This document shows, piece after piece, positions 9,137-18,710 of a stretch of DNA of 64,000 nucleotides. The notes under the pieces are model-generated. The model saw only the letters and a program-made list of their open reading frames with translations. It did not search any database and was not told the DNA's origin. Every line of letters begins with the position of its first letter. Positions within the stretch are counted from its first letter, which is position 1. This DNA comes from Acidobacteriota bacterium (GTDB lineage: Bacteria; Acidobacteriota; Vicinamibacteria; Vicinamibacterales; UBA8438), in the NCBI GenBank assembly GCA_002712885.1, contig PAUN01000010.1:70783-134782 (forward strand), read 5' to 3'. Made by a program: the position numbers and the translations under genes.

Positions 9137-11851
9137 ATGAAGACGATGGCACGTATCTGGACGCAGTGGGTCACAACCGAGGCGAGGAACGCGTGGCGTC
9201 GGCGTCGCGGGATCGGCGGCGCGTGGGCCGCACTCCTGATCGGGACTGGCGTGGCGTACGCACAGAACGGGTCGCTGCAGGGGCGAGTGACCGATATCCA
9301 GGACCAGCCACTCGTCGGCGTCACGGTCACGATTCGCTCGCCGGCGCTCGGGACGCCGCTCGTGTTGATCACCGACACGACCGGCACGTATCAGACGTCG
9401 CCACTCGCCGCGGGTGACTACACGGTCGACGTCACGCTGGTGGGTTTCCAGACCGTCAGAGAGACCGTCTCCCTCGGCGACGCCAGCTCCGCCACGCTCG
9501 ATATCCAGCTCGACATCGCGGCACTGACGGAGCGGGTCAACGTAGTGGGCGTCACGCCCTTGCTCGGAGCCACGATCGGACGCGAGCGTCTGCCGGCCAC
9601 CGTGTCGGTCGTGGGCTCCCGCGAGCTCCAGGCGCGCGGCGCCCCCTCGATCGCCCAAGCGCTCGACGAGCAGCTCGGGGCGATCTCCATGGAGGGCGCG
9701 ACCGCGAACCTGTTTCAGCCGACCCTGAGGTTCCGAGGATTCACGGCATCCCCTCTGTTGGGGCTACCGCAGGGCATCGCGGTCTACCAGAACGGCGTCC
9801 GCGTCAACGAGCCGTTCGGCGACACGGTGCAGTTCGACCTGATGCCGATGTTTGCGGTCGATCAGGTTCAGCTGAGCGCCGGGGCTGACCCGACCTTTGG
9901 GTTGAACGCCCTCGGCGGGGCACTGGCGCTGCAACTGAAGAACGGGTTCGACGCCGCGGGCTTCCGAGGCGAGTTCTCGGGCGGGTCGTTTAACCGGGTA
10001 ACGGGCACCGGGGAATACGGCGTCCATCGTGGCGCCTGGGGCTTGTATGTCGGCGCCACCCGTTTCAATGAGACGGGTTGGCGTGTCGCCTCTCCCTCCA
10101 CGGTCAACCAGGCCGTGGCCGACGTCGCCTATCGGGCCGGACGCGTCGATGCGGGTGTGAACGTGACCTACGCCAACACCCGGCTCAACGGAAACAGCGC
10201 CGCACCGATCGAGTTGCTGGCGGTCGACCGCACGGCGGTTTTCACCTTCCCCGACATCACCGAAAACGAGCTGGGATTCGTCCAGGGGAGATTCAACCTG
10301 GCCGCCTCCGACACCTGGTCCGTCCAGGTCACGGGCTACTACCGCGACCTCGATCGCCGCACCCTCAACGGGGATGAGGCGGAGTTTGTGCTCTGCGACG
10401 ACGATGCCCTGCCTTCCGGCGCTCCCGCCAACACCCTGTGTCAGCGAACCGGCGGTGACGACGATGATGATGACCTCGGGGCCGCCGTCGGGACCATGCT
10501 CGACGACGACCTCGAAGACGAGCCTCTGGACCGGCCGCTGGTCGACACGGAGACCGGCGCGTTCATCACCGACAGTGACGCGGAGGGAAACGCGGCGTTC
10601 AACCGGACGTCGACCCAGTCGCAGGGATACGGCGCCACGCTGCAGGCCAGCGCCACACGCGACAACAACGTGCTGGTGCTTGGCGCGTCTGCCGACCTGT
10701 CCGACGTAGCGTTCGCCTCCAACAGCGAAGTGGGCACCTTGACGGCTGACCGCTCCGTGGCCGGGTCTGGTCTGTTCGCCGGCATCTTCGGGGAAGCCCC
10801 GGACGACCTGTTCAACACGAGCCTCGCCACCGACAACCGCGCGCTCGGGGTGTATTACAGCGATACGCTGTCACTGACCGACCGGATTCACCTGACTGTC
10901 TCCGGACGATTCAACCACGCGCGAATCGACATCCGTGATCGCCTCGGCACCTCCCTGAACGGGGAGCACACCTTCAGTCGGTTCAACACCGGCCTCGGTG
11001 GCGTCTTCGAGCTGAACGATGCCACATCGGTCTTCGCTCGGTACACGGAATCAAGTCGAGCTCCGACGGCGGCCGAACTGAGCTGCGCCGACCCCGACGA
11101 ACCGTGTCGGGTGCCGAACGCGTTCCTGTCAGACCCTCCGTTGGAACAGGCGGTCGCCAAGTCGTTCGAAAGTGGTGTGCGAGGGGACCATGTGACCAGC
11201 CGCGGCAGTCTCGAATGGTCCGCCTCCTTCTATCGAACCCGGATCGACGACGACATTCTCTTTGTAGCGTCTTCCCGACTGATCGGGACCGGGTTCTTCC
11301 AGAATGCCGGCGACACGCAGCGAGTGGGGCTGGATGCCGATATCCGCGGCCGAATCGATCGGGTCGAGTGGTTCGCCAGCTACGGACTCGTGAATGCCAC
11401 CTTCGAGTCACCATTGGAGCTGCCCGGCAACGCCGAGGTGAACGACGCGACGAACGACCAGGGACGGTTGGAAGTGCGACCAGGTGACCGGCTCGCCGGT
11501 ATCCCGCGACACAGTTTCAAGACCGGCGTGGGCATCGCCGTGACCAGCGACTGGGATGTCGCGCTGGAGGCCAACCGGTCGTCCAGCCGGGTCTTTCTCG
11601 GAGACGAAGGCAACGACCAGCTGCCCGTGGACGGCTACGCCGTGGCGAACCTGCGCTCGTCGTATCGCCTCAACGACGCGCTGGAGCTGTTCGTCCGGAT
11701 CGACAACCTCTACAACACCGACTACGAGACGTTTGGCCTCCTCGCCGAGCTTGAAATCGAGCTGGAGGAGGTGCCTGCGGCTGACGACCCCCGGTTTCTC
11801 TCGCCCGGGGCACCGCGAAGTGGCTTCGCCGGTATCCGAGTCCAGTTCTGA
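9137..11851 (+). CDS. TonB-dependent outer-membrane receptor with N-terminal CarboxypepD_reg-like domain
   Basis: SLQGRVTD..GVTVTI..TDTTGTYQ..LAAGDYTV is the CarboxypepD_reg domain. A plug domain and a long beta-barrel follow, with a C-terminal ..GFAGIRVQF and terminal Phe. Confidence 0.9.
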   Translation: MKTMARIWTQWVTTEARNAWRRRRGIGGAWAALLIGTGVAYAQNGSLQGRVTDIQDQPLVGVTVTIRSPALGTPLVLITDTTGTYQTSPLAAGDYTVDVTLVGFQTVRETVSLGDASSATLDIQLDIAALTERVNVVGVTPLLGATIGRERLPATVSVVGSRELQARGAPSIAQALDEQLGAISMEGATANLFQPTLRFRGFTASPLLGLPQGIAVYQNGVRVNEPFGDTVQFDLMPMFAVDQVQLSAGADPTFGLNALGGALALQLKNGFDAAGFRGEFSGGSFNRVTGTGEYGVHRGAWGLYVGATRFNETGWRVASPSTVNQAVADVAYRAGRVDAGVNVTYANTRLNGNSAAPIELLAVDRTAVFTFPDITENELGFVQGRFNLAASDTWSVQVTGYYRDLDRRTLNGDEAEFVLCDDDALPSGAPANTLCQRTGGDDDDDDLGAAVGTMLDDDLEDEPLDRPLVDTETGAFITDSDAEGNAAFNRTSTQSQGYGATLQASATRDNNVLVLGASADLSDVAFASNSEVGTLTADRSVAGSGLFAGIFGEAPDDLFNTSLATDNRALGVYYSDTLSLTDRIHLTVSGRFNHARIDIRDRLGTSLNGEHTFSRFNTGLGGVFELNDATSVFARYTESSRAPTAAELSCADPDEPCRVPNAFLSDPPLEQAVAKSFESGVRGDHVTSRGSLEWSASFYRTRIDDDILFVASSRLIGTGFFQNAGDTQRVGLDADIRGRIDRVEWFASYGLVNATFESPLELPGNAEVNDATNDQGRLEVRPGDRLAGIPRHSFKTGVGIAVTSDWDVALEANRSSSRVFLGDEGNDQLPVDGYAVANLRSSYRLNDALELFVRIDNLYNTDYETFGLLAELEIELEEVPAADDPRFLSPGAPRSGFAGIRVQF

Positions 11852-11854
11852 CAC

Positions 11855-12117
11855 AACCAGGCAGGAAAACCCAGGGGGCTGAAAAACACCAGCGCGGTTT
11901 CCTGGCAAGCCGTTCGTCTGCTGAGGAAACGTAGCGGGCTGTCGTAGCAAGCCCCTTCAGGGGCGCTGATCGGTCAACGGGCCTAAAGGCCCTTGCTACA
12001 ACTGGTTACGCTCAGCTCGGTCCCGCTTCCTGCCCGAAGCGTCACGCCCCGCGTGTGACGGGCCGGCATGACGCAAAGAGGGAGCATGCAGGCGGGCGCC
12101 TCGTCGGAAAACCTAGG
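11855..12117. repeat. Composite of repeat family 1 fragments with a nested double-hairpin insert
   Basis: Left-end motif GGTTTCCTGGCAAGCCGTTCGTCTG at 11896-11920. The right half GACGCAAAGAGGGAGCATGCAGGCGGGCGCCTCGTCGGAAAACCTAGG at 12070-12117 matches copy D. An inner unit at 11941-12000 (GTAGCAAG..GCCCC-ttca-GGGGC..GGGCC-taaa-GGCCC..CTTGCTAC) is nested between them. Confidence 0.65.
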
Positions 12118-13687
12118 CGGGTTGGGCGCCGGGGCGACCGTTTTCCACGACGAACGACGCGCGGGTCGACATCGGACTCCCCTGGTGGGTGACGTACTCG
12201 AGCACCTGGTAGTCCGACGTCCAGGTACCCGGCGTGATCGCGCACCGTACGTATCCCCGCTGGTTGTTGAAGAAGCGCACCGACGGATTCTCAGACAGCA
12301 TCCCGGCCGTGTTGCCTCGCACATCCGAACCATCGCCTCCTGACGTGATCGATGTGCCAACGAACTCAGTGGCGACGACTGGAGACCGCTCCGCGGCATA
12401 GTCGACCCGAAGGTCGTTCACCCAGTTAGTGTGGATATCGCCGGTGAGCACGACGGGATTGGACGGACGTTGCGAGGCCAGAAACTCCATCAGGCGACGC
12501 CGCGCGACTTCGTACCCACTCCACTGATCCATGCTGATCAGCTCGTCGTCGCCTGCCGCCTGATCAACCCGCGCCATCATCACCTGTTGCGGCAACACGT
12601 TCCATCGGCTCGACGACCGGTCGAGCCCCTCCAGCAGCCCCTGCTCCTGAGCGCCTCCCAGTAACGTCGCCTCCGGATCGCCGACGCCCGCACAGGCCGG
12701 GCCCCTCCGGTCGCCGCACGGTTGGTCGGAGCGGTACTGTCGGGTGTCGAGCACGAAGAACGACGCCAGATCGCCGTACTCGAACCGTCGATACAGCTGC
12801 ATCCGGGGACCGGTCGGTGTCGACGCCGGTCGAAGCGGCATGTGCTCGAAATAGGCCTGATACGCCTCGGCGCGGCGGCGCAGAAACAGTTCCGACGCAA
12901 ACCCTTCCTCCTCGGAGACGCCGGCGGCGTAGTTGTTGTCGACCTCGTGGTCGTCCCAGGTGACGATGAATGGGAATCGCGCGTGCGCCTCCTGCAGGTC
13001 CGGGTCAAGCTTGTAGAGGGCGTGCCGATTGCGATAGTCGCTGAGCAGCTCGATCTCGTCGCCCGTGTGTTTCCGCGCCCGCCCGTCGCGCCCCTCGTAT
13101 TCGTAGATGTAGTCCCCCAGGTGAAACACCACATCGAGGTCGTCCTCGAGCATGTGCCGGTAGGCGGTGAAATAGCCGGTCTCGTAGTGCTGGCAGGAGG
13201 CAAACGCCATCTTCAACTGACGGACCGCGGACCCGGCCACCGGAAACGTCCGGGTGCGCCCCACCCGACTGGCCTCACCGCCCGACCGGAAGCGATACCA
13301 ATACCAGCGGTCGGGCTCCAGCCCGGTGACCTCCACATGCACCGCGTGGCCCAGGTCCGGACGCGCCACACTGGTGCCACGTTGCACCACCCGGGTCATA
13401 CGTTCATCGGTGGCGACCGCCCAGTTCACCTCGACCGCCTCGTCCCCCATCCCCCCGCCTTCCAGCGGGACGGGCGCGAGCCGGGTCCACAGCATCACAC
13501 TGTCCGACGTGGGATCACCCGAGGCGACGCCCAGACTAAAGGGCGGACCGGCGAACCGGGGCGTCTGTCGCGGTTGCCCGATCAATGGCACCGCCGGCCC
13601 GGCCATCAGCGCCACTCCTCCGGCCAGAAAAGAACGACGCGAAAGTCGCCGGCGTTGCCGGTCCGTGTCCCAGATCCGATCGGTCAT
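12113..13687 (-). CDS. phoD: Alkaline phosphatase PhoD family, Tat-exported
   Basis: Twin-arginine signal RRRLSRRSFLAGG. PhoD-like metallophosphatase blocks are present (FASCQHYE, VFHLGDYIYE, WDDHEVDNNY). Confidence 0.9.
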   Translation of the reverse strand: MTDRIWDTDRQRRRLSRRSFLAGGVALMAGPAVPLIGQPRQTPRFAGPPFSLGVASGDPTSDSVMLWTRLAPVPLEGGGMGDEAVEVNWAVATDERMTRVVQRGTSVARPDLGHAVHVEVTGLEPDRWYWYRFRSGGEASRVGRTRTFPVAGSAVRQLKMAFASCQHYETGYFTAYRHMLEDDLDVVFHLGDYIYEYEGRDGRARKHTGDEIELLSDYRNRHALYKLDPDLQEAHARFPFIVTWDDHEVDNNYAAGVSEEEGFASELFLRRRAEAYQAYFEHMPLRPASTPTGPRMQLYRRFEYGDLASFFVLDTRQYRSDQPCGDRRGPACAGVGDPEATLLGGAQEQGLLEGLDRSSSRWNVLPQQVMMARVDQAAGDDELISMDQWSGYEVARRRLMEFLASQRPSNPVVLTGDIHTNWVNDLRVDYAAERSPVVATEFVGTSITSGGDGSDVRGNTAGMLSENPSVRFFNNQRGYVRCAITPGTWTSDYQVLEYVTHQGSPMSTRASFVVENGRPGAQPA

Positions 13688-13769
13688 GAATCAAGTCCTT
13701 ATTGAGACGGGCTTCGCCCCGCGGCTCCGTTTGACAGGTTTGACAAGCCTAGGATACGGTACGTGGCTC

Positions 13770-13865
13770 ATGCCGTTGCGGTATCGTCATCATCATTCGT
13801 ATCACCTGCATCATTGCTCCGCGGGCCAGGATGGTCGCGAGCCGGGACATATGCGCGCGAAGTAG
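13770..13865 (+). CDS. Candidate his-operon leader peptide (MPLRYRHHHSYHLHHCSAGQDGREPGHMRAK)
   Basis: 31-codon ORF in the phoD/hisI divergent region. Six of nine consecutive codons (13788-13814) are His. An intrinsic terminator follows immediately upstream of hisI. The Shine-Dalgarno sequence is weak. Confidence 0.6.
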   Translation: MPLRYRHHHSYHLHHCSAGQDGREPGHMRAK

Positions 13866-13900
13866 CACGGCTACAGATCACAACCAGCGCAACGCACCCG

Positions 13901-13934
13901 GCCCCGCCACCACCAACGGCGGGGCTTTTTTTTT
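13901..13934 (+). terminator. Intrinsic terminator / attenuator hairpin upstream of hisI
   Basis: GCCCCGCC (13901-08), a 9-nt loop, GGCGGGGC (13918-25), then T9 (13926-34). It points toward hisI, 55 nt before the ATG. There is no upstream + strand gene for it to terminate. Confidence 0.75.
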
Positions 13935-13988
13935 GAGCCCAGGCGGCGGCACCCGGAAGGAACCCCGGTGCACACGAGGACGAAGACT

Positions 13989-14312
13989 ATGGATTTTTCG
14001 AAACTGGATGGATTGATTCCGGCCGTCATACAGGACGCGTCGAGCCACGAGGTCTTGATGGTCGGATTCATGAACGAAGAAGCACTCGCCTTGACCCGCG
14101 ACACCGGGTTCGCCACGTTCTTCAGCCGCACGCGCAACAAATTGTGGAAGAAAGGCGAAACGTCGGGGAACACGCTGGCGGTCCGGCAGATTCTGGTCGA
14201 CTGCGACGACGACACGGTGCTACTGCGGGTCACGCGCAACGGTGATGGCAACGTCTGCCACACCGGAGAACGAACCTGCTTCTACCGAACCCTCGACGCC
14301 GACGACACGTAG
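13989..14312 (+). CDS. hisI: Phosphoribosyl-AMP cyclohydrolase
   Basis: GLIPAVIQD..VLMVGFMNEEAL..FFSRTR..LWKKGETSGN...CDDDT.L..V...G..CHTGERTCF is the HisI signature. ATG 13989 with AGGA upstream is preferred over GTG 13968. No HisE domain is present. Confidence 0.9.
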   Translation: MDFSKLDGLIPAVIQDASSHEVLMVGFMNEEALALTRDTGFATFFSRTRNKLWKKGETSGNTLAVRQILVDCDDDTVLLRVTRNGDGNVCHTGERTCFYRTLDADDT

Positions 14313-14399
14313 CGTGCACTCGGCATCCGCGTGTCGATCGTCGCCAGCACACTGGAATCGACCATCACGACTCTGTAGAGAACTCACACAAGAAGAACA

Positions 14400-15305
14400 A
14401 TGGCTGACAAAACCCTACGACTCGGTATCCCCAAAGGCTCGCTACAGGACTCCACGGTCCAGCTATTCGCGCACGCCGGTTTCAATATCTACACGAGCTC
14501 GCGCTCGTACTTTCCGACCATCGACGATCCGGATATCGAGTGCACGTTGATCCGAGCGCAGGAAATGGCCCGATACGTCGCGGACGAGGCGCTGGACGCC
14601 GGACTGACCGGGCAAGACTGGATTGCCGAGCACCAGGCCACGACCGGCGACAGCGTGGTCGATATCGCCGATCTCGTCTACTCGAAACAAAGCTTCCGCA
14701 AGGTCAAATGGGTGCTCGCCGCGCCTGAGGATTCGAAGTACCGAACGCCACAAGACTTCGCGGGCGCGACGATCGCGACCGAGCTCGTACGGGTGACCGA
14801 GGCCTATTTCCAGCGCCTTGAGGTGCCAGTGAAGGTCGAGTTCTCCTGGGGCGCCACGGAGGTCAAACCGCCGCTGCTGGCCGACGGCATCGTGGAAGCG
14901 ACCGAGACCGGATCGACGCTCAGGGCCAACCGGTTGCGGATTATCGACACCGTGATCGAGTCGAACCCACAACTCATCGCCAATTCGACGACGCTCGAGG
15001 ACGAGTGGAAGCGGACGAAACTGGACAACATCGCACTCCTGTTGCGCGCCGCGATGGAAGCCCAAGGACGGGTGGGCATGATGCTGAACGTGCGCGAGGT
15101 CGACCTGGAGACCGTGGTCGGGCTGTTGCCGGCGTTGCAGCGCCCCACCGTCTCCCCGCTGAGTCCGTTGGGATCTGACGAAGAAGCGTGGGTGGCGGTG
15201 TCGACCATTCTCGAGGAGTCGTCCGTGCGTGAGCTCATTCCAAAGCTGAAAGCCGCCCGCGCCGAGGGTATCGTGGAGTATCCGCTGAACAAGATCGTGC
15301 TGTAG
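14400..15305 (+). CDS. hisG: ATP phosphoribosyltransferase (long form)
   Basis: [10 protein letters not shown].., 301 aa including a C-terminal regulatory-like domain. Position in the his operon supports the call. Confidence 0.9.
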   Translation: MADKTLRLGIPKGSLQDSTVQLFAHAGFNIYTSSRSYFPTIDDPDIECTLIRAQEMARYVADEALDAGLTGQDWIAEHQATTGDSVVDIADLVYSKQSFRKVKWVLAAPEDSKYRTPQDFAGATIATELVRVTEAYFQRLEVPVKVEFSWGATEVKPPLLADGIVEATETGSTLRANRLRIIDTVIESNPQLIANSTTLEDEWKRTKLDNIALLLRAAMEAQGRVGMMLNVREVDLETVVGLLPALQRPTVSPLSPLGSDEEAWVAVSTILEESSVRELIPKLKAARAEGIVEYPLNKIVL

Positions 15306-15309
15306 ACCG

Positions 15310-16608
15310 ATGCGCATCATCGCCTCATCCAGTCGGCGGGCCGTCGACCGGCTGATCGACCGCGGGCAGAGGACCGACCCGACGATCGCTCGCCGGGTGG
15401 CTCGAATCGTGGCCGCGGTTCGCCGATCCGGTGATCCCGCGGTGCTGCGGTACGCACGGCGATTCGATCAACTGGTTGCACCGGCTGAGGTCTCTCGTGA
15501 CGAGATGCAGTCCGGGTTGAGCGCCATCGACCCGACGCTGCGCACGGCGCTCCGCACATCGGCGAAGCACATTCGGCGGATTGCGCGACGCCAAGTACCG
15601 CGCGCCTGGCGTACCGCGGTCGTACCGGGAGTCGAGATCGAACAGCGGGTCAGCCCGCTCAACCGGGTTGGCTGCTACGTACCGGCGGGACGCTATCCAT
15701 TGCCGTCATCACTGTTGATGACCGCCATACCGGCTCAAGTTGCCGGCGTCACGGAAACGATCGTGATGTGTCCGCGACCGGATCCGACCGTGCTGGCCGC
15801 CGCCGCCATCGCCAACGTGACGCGACTGTTCCGACTCGGCGGCGCGCAGGCCATCGCGGCCCTGGCCTATGGCACCGGGACTATTCCGAAAGTGGACAAG
15901 ATCGTCGGACCCGGCAGCGCCTATGTCGCCGCCGCGAAGGCGCTCGTGGCGGCGGACTGCCCGATCGATTTCCATGCCGGCCCGACCGAGATCGTCATCG
16001 TCGCCACCAGCGGCAATCCCGCCTGGATCGCGGCCGACCTGATCGCGCAAGCCGAACACGACCCGGACGCCCGCGCCATCGTGGTCACCACCGACCGCGC
16101 GCTCGCCGAACGCATCGCCGAGCAGGTGAAGGCGCGTATGCCAGCCAACGGACCGGCCCGCGCATCGTGGCGACGACACGGGACGATCGTCGTCACGAAG
16201 ACGGTCGACGAGGCCATCGCCCTCGCCAACCGGATCGCCCCTGAGCACCTGGTGTGCGACCGAGAAGAGGTGGCTCACGGCGCGACCAGAGCCGGCACCG
16301 TCTTCGTCGGCCCCTACGGCGCACAGGCAGCCGGCGACTATGCGACCGGCTCAAACCACGTGCTGCCGACCGGTGGCGCGGCACGCTTCCGCGGTGGTCT
16401 CAGCGCGTCCGACTTCGTACATGTGCACAGCGTCCAACGGATCACCAAGGCCGGGCTCGCGGCGCTAGCCCCGACCATCCTGCCGCTCGCCGAAGCTGAA
16501 GGTCTGACCGGCCACGCCGAATCGATCCGGGTGCGCCTGGCGAGATCGCCGCGTCGACCGAAACCCGCGGCCCGTAGCACGAAGCCTTCTGAGCCAATCC
16601 ACTCATGA
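15310..16608 (+). CDS. hisD: Histidinol dehydrogenase
   Basis: 432 aa with HisD blocks ([47 protein letters not shown]). Confidence 0.95.
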   Translation: MRIIASSSRRAVDRLIDRGQRTDPTIARRVARIVAAVRRSGDPAVLRYARRFDQLVAPAEVSRDEMQSGLSAIDPTLRTALRTSAKHIRRIARRQVPRAWRTAVVPGVEIEQRVSPLNRVGCYVPAGRYPLPSSLLMTAIPAQVAGVTETIVMCPRPDPTVLAAAAIANVTRLFRLGGAQAIAALAYGTGTIPKVDKIVGPGSAYVAAAKALVAADCPIDFHAGPTEIVIVATSGNPAWIAADLIAQAEHDPDARAIVVTTDRALAERIAEQVKARMPANGPARASWRRHGTIVVTKTVDEAIALANRIAPEHLVCDREEVAHGATRAGTVFVGPYGAQAAGDYATGSNHVLPTGGAARFRGGLSASDFVHVHSVQRITKAGLAALAPTILPLAEAEGLTGHAESIRVRLARSPRRPKPAARSTKPSEPIHS

Positions 16609-17192
16609 GACGCGCACGCATCGACCGACACACGGCAGAAACTCAGATCACCATCCGCCTCGGCATCGAAGGACGGGGCCGTTATGCCATCAGCACAGGC
16701 ATCCGGTTCCTGGACCACATGCTCGAGCTGGTGAGCCGGCACGGCGGCTTCGACCTGCAGATCGAGGCGACAGGAGACCTCGACGTCGACCAGCATCACA
16801 CGGTGGAAGACGTCGGCATCGCGCTCGGCGAGGCGGTGGCCAAGGCGATTGGCTCGCGGCGGGGTATCAACCGCGCCGGGTACTTCGTGATGCCAATGGA
16901 CGAAACGCTGGGCGTAGCCGCCATCGATCTGAGCGGCCGTCCCCACGCGGTCGTCGACCTACGACTACGGGTGCACCGTGTCGGCGACCTGCAGTCGGAA
17001 CTGCTCCAGGATTTCTTCGAAGGCTTTGCCCAGGGAGCCCGCGCGAACGTGCATCTCAAAGTGCTCTACGGGCGGTCGAGTCATCATCAAGTCGAGGCGC
17101 TGTTCAAGGCGTTCGCTCGGGCGTTACGAGTCGCATGCGACAAAGACCCTCGCATGGCGAAACAGCTCCCGAGCACGAAAGGGCTGTTGTGA
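16605..17192 (+). CDS. hisB: Imidazoleglycerol-phosphate dehydratase
   Basis: [46 protein letters not shown] overlap with hisD. Confidence 0.95.
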   Translation: MRRARIDRHTAETQITIRLGIEGRGRYAISTGIRFLDHMLELVSRHGGFDLQIEATGDLDVDQHHTVEDVGIALGEAVAKAIGSRRGINRAGYFVMPMDETLGVAAIDLSGRPHAVVDLRLRVHRVGDLQSELLQDFFEGFAQGARANVHLKVLYGRSSHHQVEALFKAFARALRVACDKDPRMAKQLPSTKGLL

Positions 17193-17836
17193 TCGCCTTG
17201 ATCGACTACGGGGCCGGCAATCTGACCTCGGTCCGCAAGGCCTTGGCCCATCTCGACGCGCCGGCCACGACGCCGACGGCTCCGGCGGACCTGGACTCGG
17301 CCGACGGGATCGTCGTCCCGGGCGTAGGGAATTTCGAGGTCACGGCGGCCCTGGGCGCCGACTGGCGGTCGGCCATCGAGCGTCACATCGCTCGACAGCG
17401 TCCGCTGCTGGGAATCTGCGTCGGCATGCAGTGGTTGTTCGACGGGAGTACGGAAGCGCCAGGTCATCCGGGGCTCCAGATGATGCAAGGCACGTGCACG
17501 GTGATCACGGACCAGGAGGATGCGACGCCGGCGGTGGCCTCTGGCCCGTCCGACCGGGTGGGCGGGCGTCTCAAGGTGCCGCACGTCGGGTGGAATACAC
17601 TCCGGACGACAAAGCCATCGTGGCTGCTGGACGGTATATCGGAGGGCGCGCAGGTGTACTTCACGCACTCTTTCGCGGCGCCGGTCACGGACGACTGCGT
17701 CGGGGCGACACGGTACGGCATGGAGTTCGCCGCGGCCGTCGAACGGGGTCTGGTGGGGGGCGTCCAGTTCCACCCCGAAAAATCATCAGACGTCGGTCTC
17801 ACGATTCTGCGCAACTTCTTGCGGAAGGCGTTGTAG
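17189..17836 (+). CDS. hisH: Imidazole glycerol phosphate synthase, glutaminase subunit
   Basis: [28 protein letters not shown] and HVGWN..VYFTHSF..QFHPEKS. GTG 17189 overlaps the hisB TGA. The track start at 17135 lies inside hisB. Confidence 0.9.
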   Translation: MIALIDYGAGNLTSVRKALAHLDAPATTPTAPADLDSADGIVVPGVGNFEVTAALGADWRSAIERHIARQRPLLGICVGMQWLFDGSTEAPGHPGLQMMQGTCTVITDQEDATPAVASGPSDRVGGRLKVPHVGWNTLRTTKPSWLLDGISEGAQVYFTHSFAAPVTDDCVGATRYGMEFAAAVERGLVGGVQFHPEKSSDVGLTILRNFLRKAL

Positions 17837-17838
17837 CG

Positions 17839-18597
17839 ATGCTCTCCAAGCGGATCATCGCCTGTCTCGACGTGCGGGACGGTGCGGTCGTCAAGGGCAT
17901 CAACTTCGAAGGCCTACGTCACGCGGGGGACCCGGCGGAGCTCGCGACGCGCTACAACCGCGAGGGGATCGACGAAGTGGTGATCCTCGACATCACCGCG
18001 ACGATCGAGAAACGGAAGGCGCTGGCCGACACGATTCAGGCCGTCGCTCGCGAGATTTTCCTACCCTTGTGCGTCGGCGGCGGTATTCGCGGCGAGGAGC
18101 ACGCCGAGGCCGCGATCGACGCCGGCGCCGACAAGGTGGGCATCAACACGGCCGCACTTTCACACCCCGCCCTGATCACCGCCCTGGCCAAGCGCTATGG
18201 CAGTCAGGCCGTCATCGTGGCCATTGACGCCAAACGCGAGAACGGTCGGTTCAAAATCTACGTCCGAAGCGGTCAGCAGGGCACGGAACGTAATGCCGTC
18301 GAATGGGCACAAGAAGCCGCGGACCGGGGCGCGGGCGAGATCTTGCTCACCTCCATCGACCAGGACGGCACGAAAGCGGGCTTCGACTGCGAGTTGACGG
18401 CGGCGGTGTCTTCCGCGGTGCCGATCCCGGTCATCGCCTCGGGCGGCGCCGGCACGTTCGACCATTTCGTCGACGTGTTCACGACTGGGCAAGCGGACGC
18501 GGCGTTGGCCGCCTCGATTTTTCACTACTCGGAACATGCGGTCGCGGACCTGAAGACGCATTTGAGGACGAATGGGATACCGGTCAGGATTACCTAG
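17839..18597 (+). CDS. hisF: Imidazole glycerol phosphate synthase, cyclase subunit
   Basis: [26 protein letters not shown] and ..GGGIR.. GADKV..NTAA. The real start is ATG 17839. The track ORF from 16978 is an upstream artefact. Confidence 0.95.
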   Translation: MLSKRIIACLDVRDGAVVKGINFEGLRHAGDPAELATRYNREGIDEVVILDITATIEKRKALADTIQAVAREIFLPLCVGGGIRGEEHAEAAIDAGADKVGINTAALSHPALITALAKRYGSQAVIVAIDAKRENGRFKIYVRSGQQGTERNAVEWAQEAADRGAGEILLTSIDQDGTKAGFDCELTAAVSSAVPIPVIASGGAGTFDHFVDVFTTGQADAALAASIFHYSEHAVADLKTHLRTNGIPVRIT

Positions 18598-18636
18598 GGA
18601 AACGGGTGCTTCGGGCGCACGATAATGCGCGCCCCG

Positions 18637-18710
18637 CGGCCGTGGAGTGGGGCACTCGGGGCCCCCGCTGAGCCGCCGCGTGGGGTCCGGGGCATAGCCC
18701 CGCTAAGAAG
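18637..18710 (+). repeat. Repeat family 2, copy 2 (hisF-hisA spacer)
   Basis: Aligns with 1701-1774. Contains hairpin CGGGGC-ata-GCCCCG. Internally it looks like a diverged tandem duplication (GGAGTGGGGCACTCGGGGCCCCCGCTGAG / GCGTGGGGTCCGGGGCATAGCCCCGCTAAG). Confidence 0.6.

Noticed and set aside
13899-13934. Alternative reading of the hisI-upstream hairpin + T9 as an ordinary or bidirectional terminator
   Set aside because: The upstream neighbour phoD is divergent (its start is at 13687), so no transcript from a preceding gene arrives here on either strand. The attenuator interpretation is retained.
16978-17838. Upstream 287 codons of the 539-aa ORF that contains hisF
   Set aside because: It overlaps hisB and hisH in another frame and has an Arg/Gly-rich composition. 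HisF homology begins at [12 protein letters not shown] (ATG 17839), right after the hisH stop.
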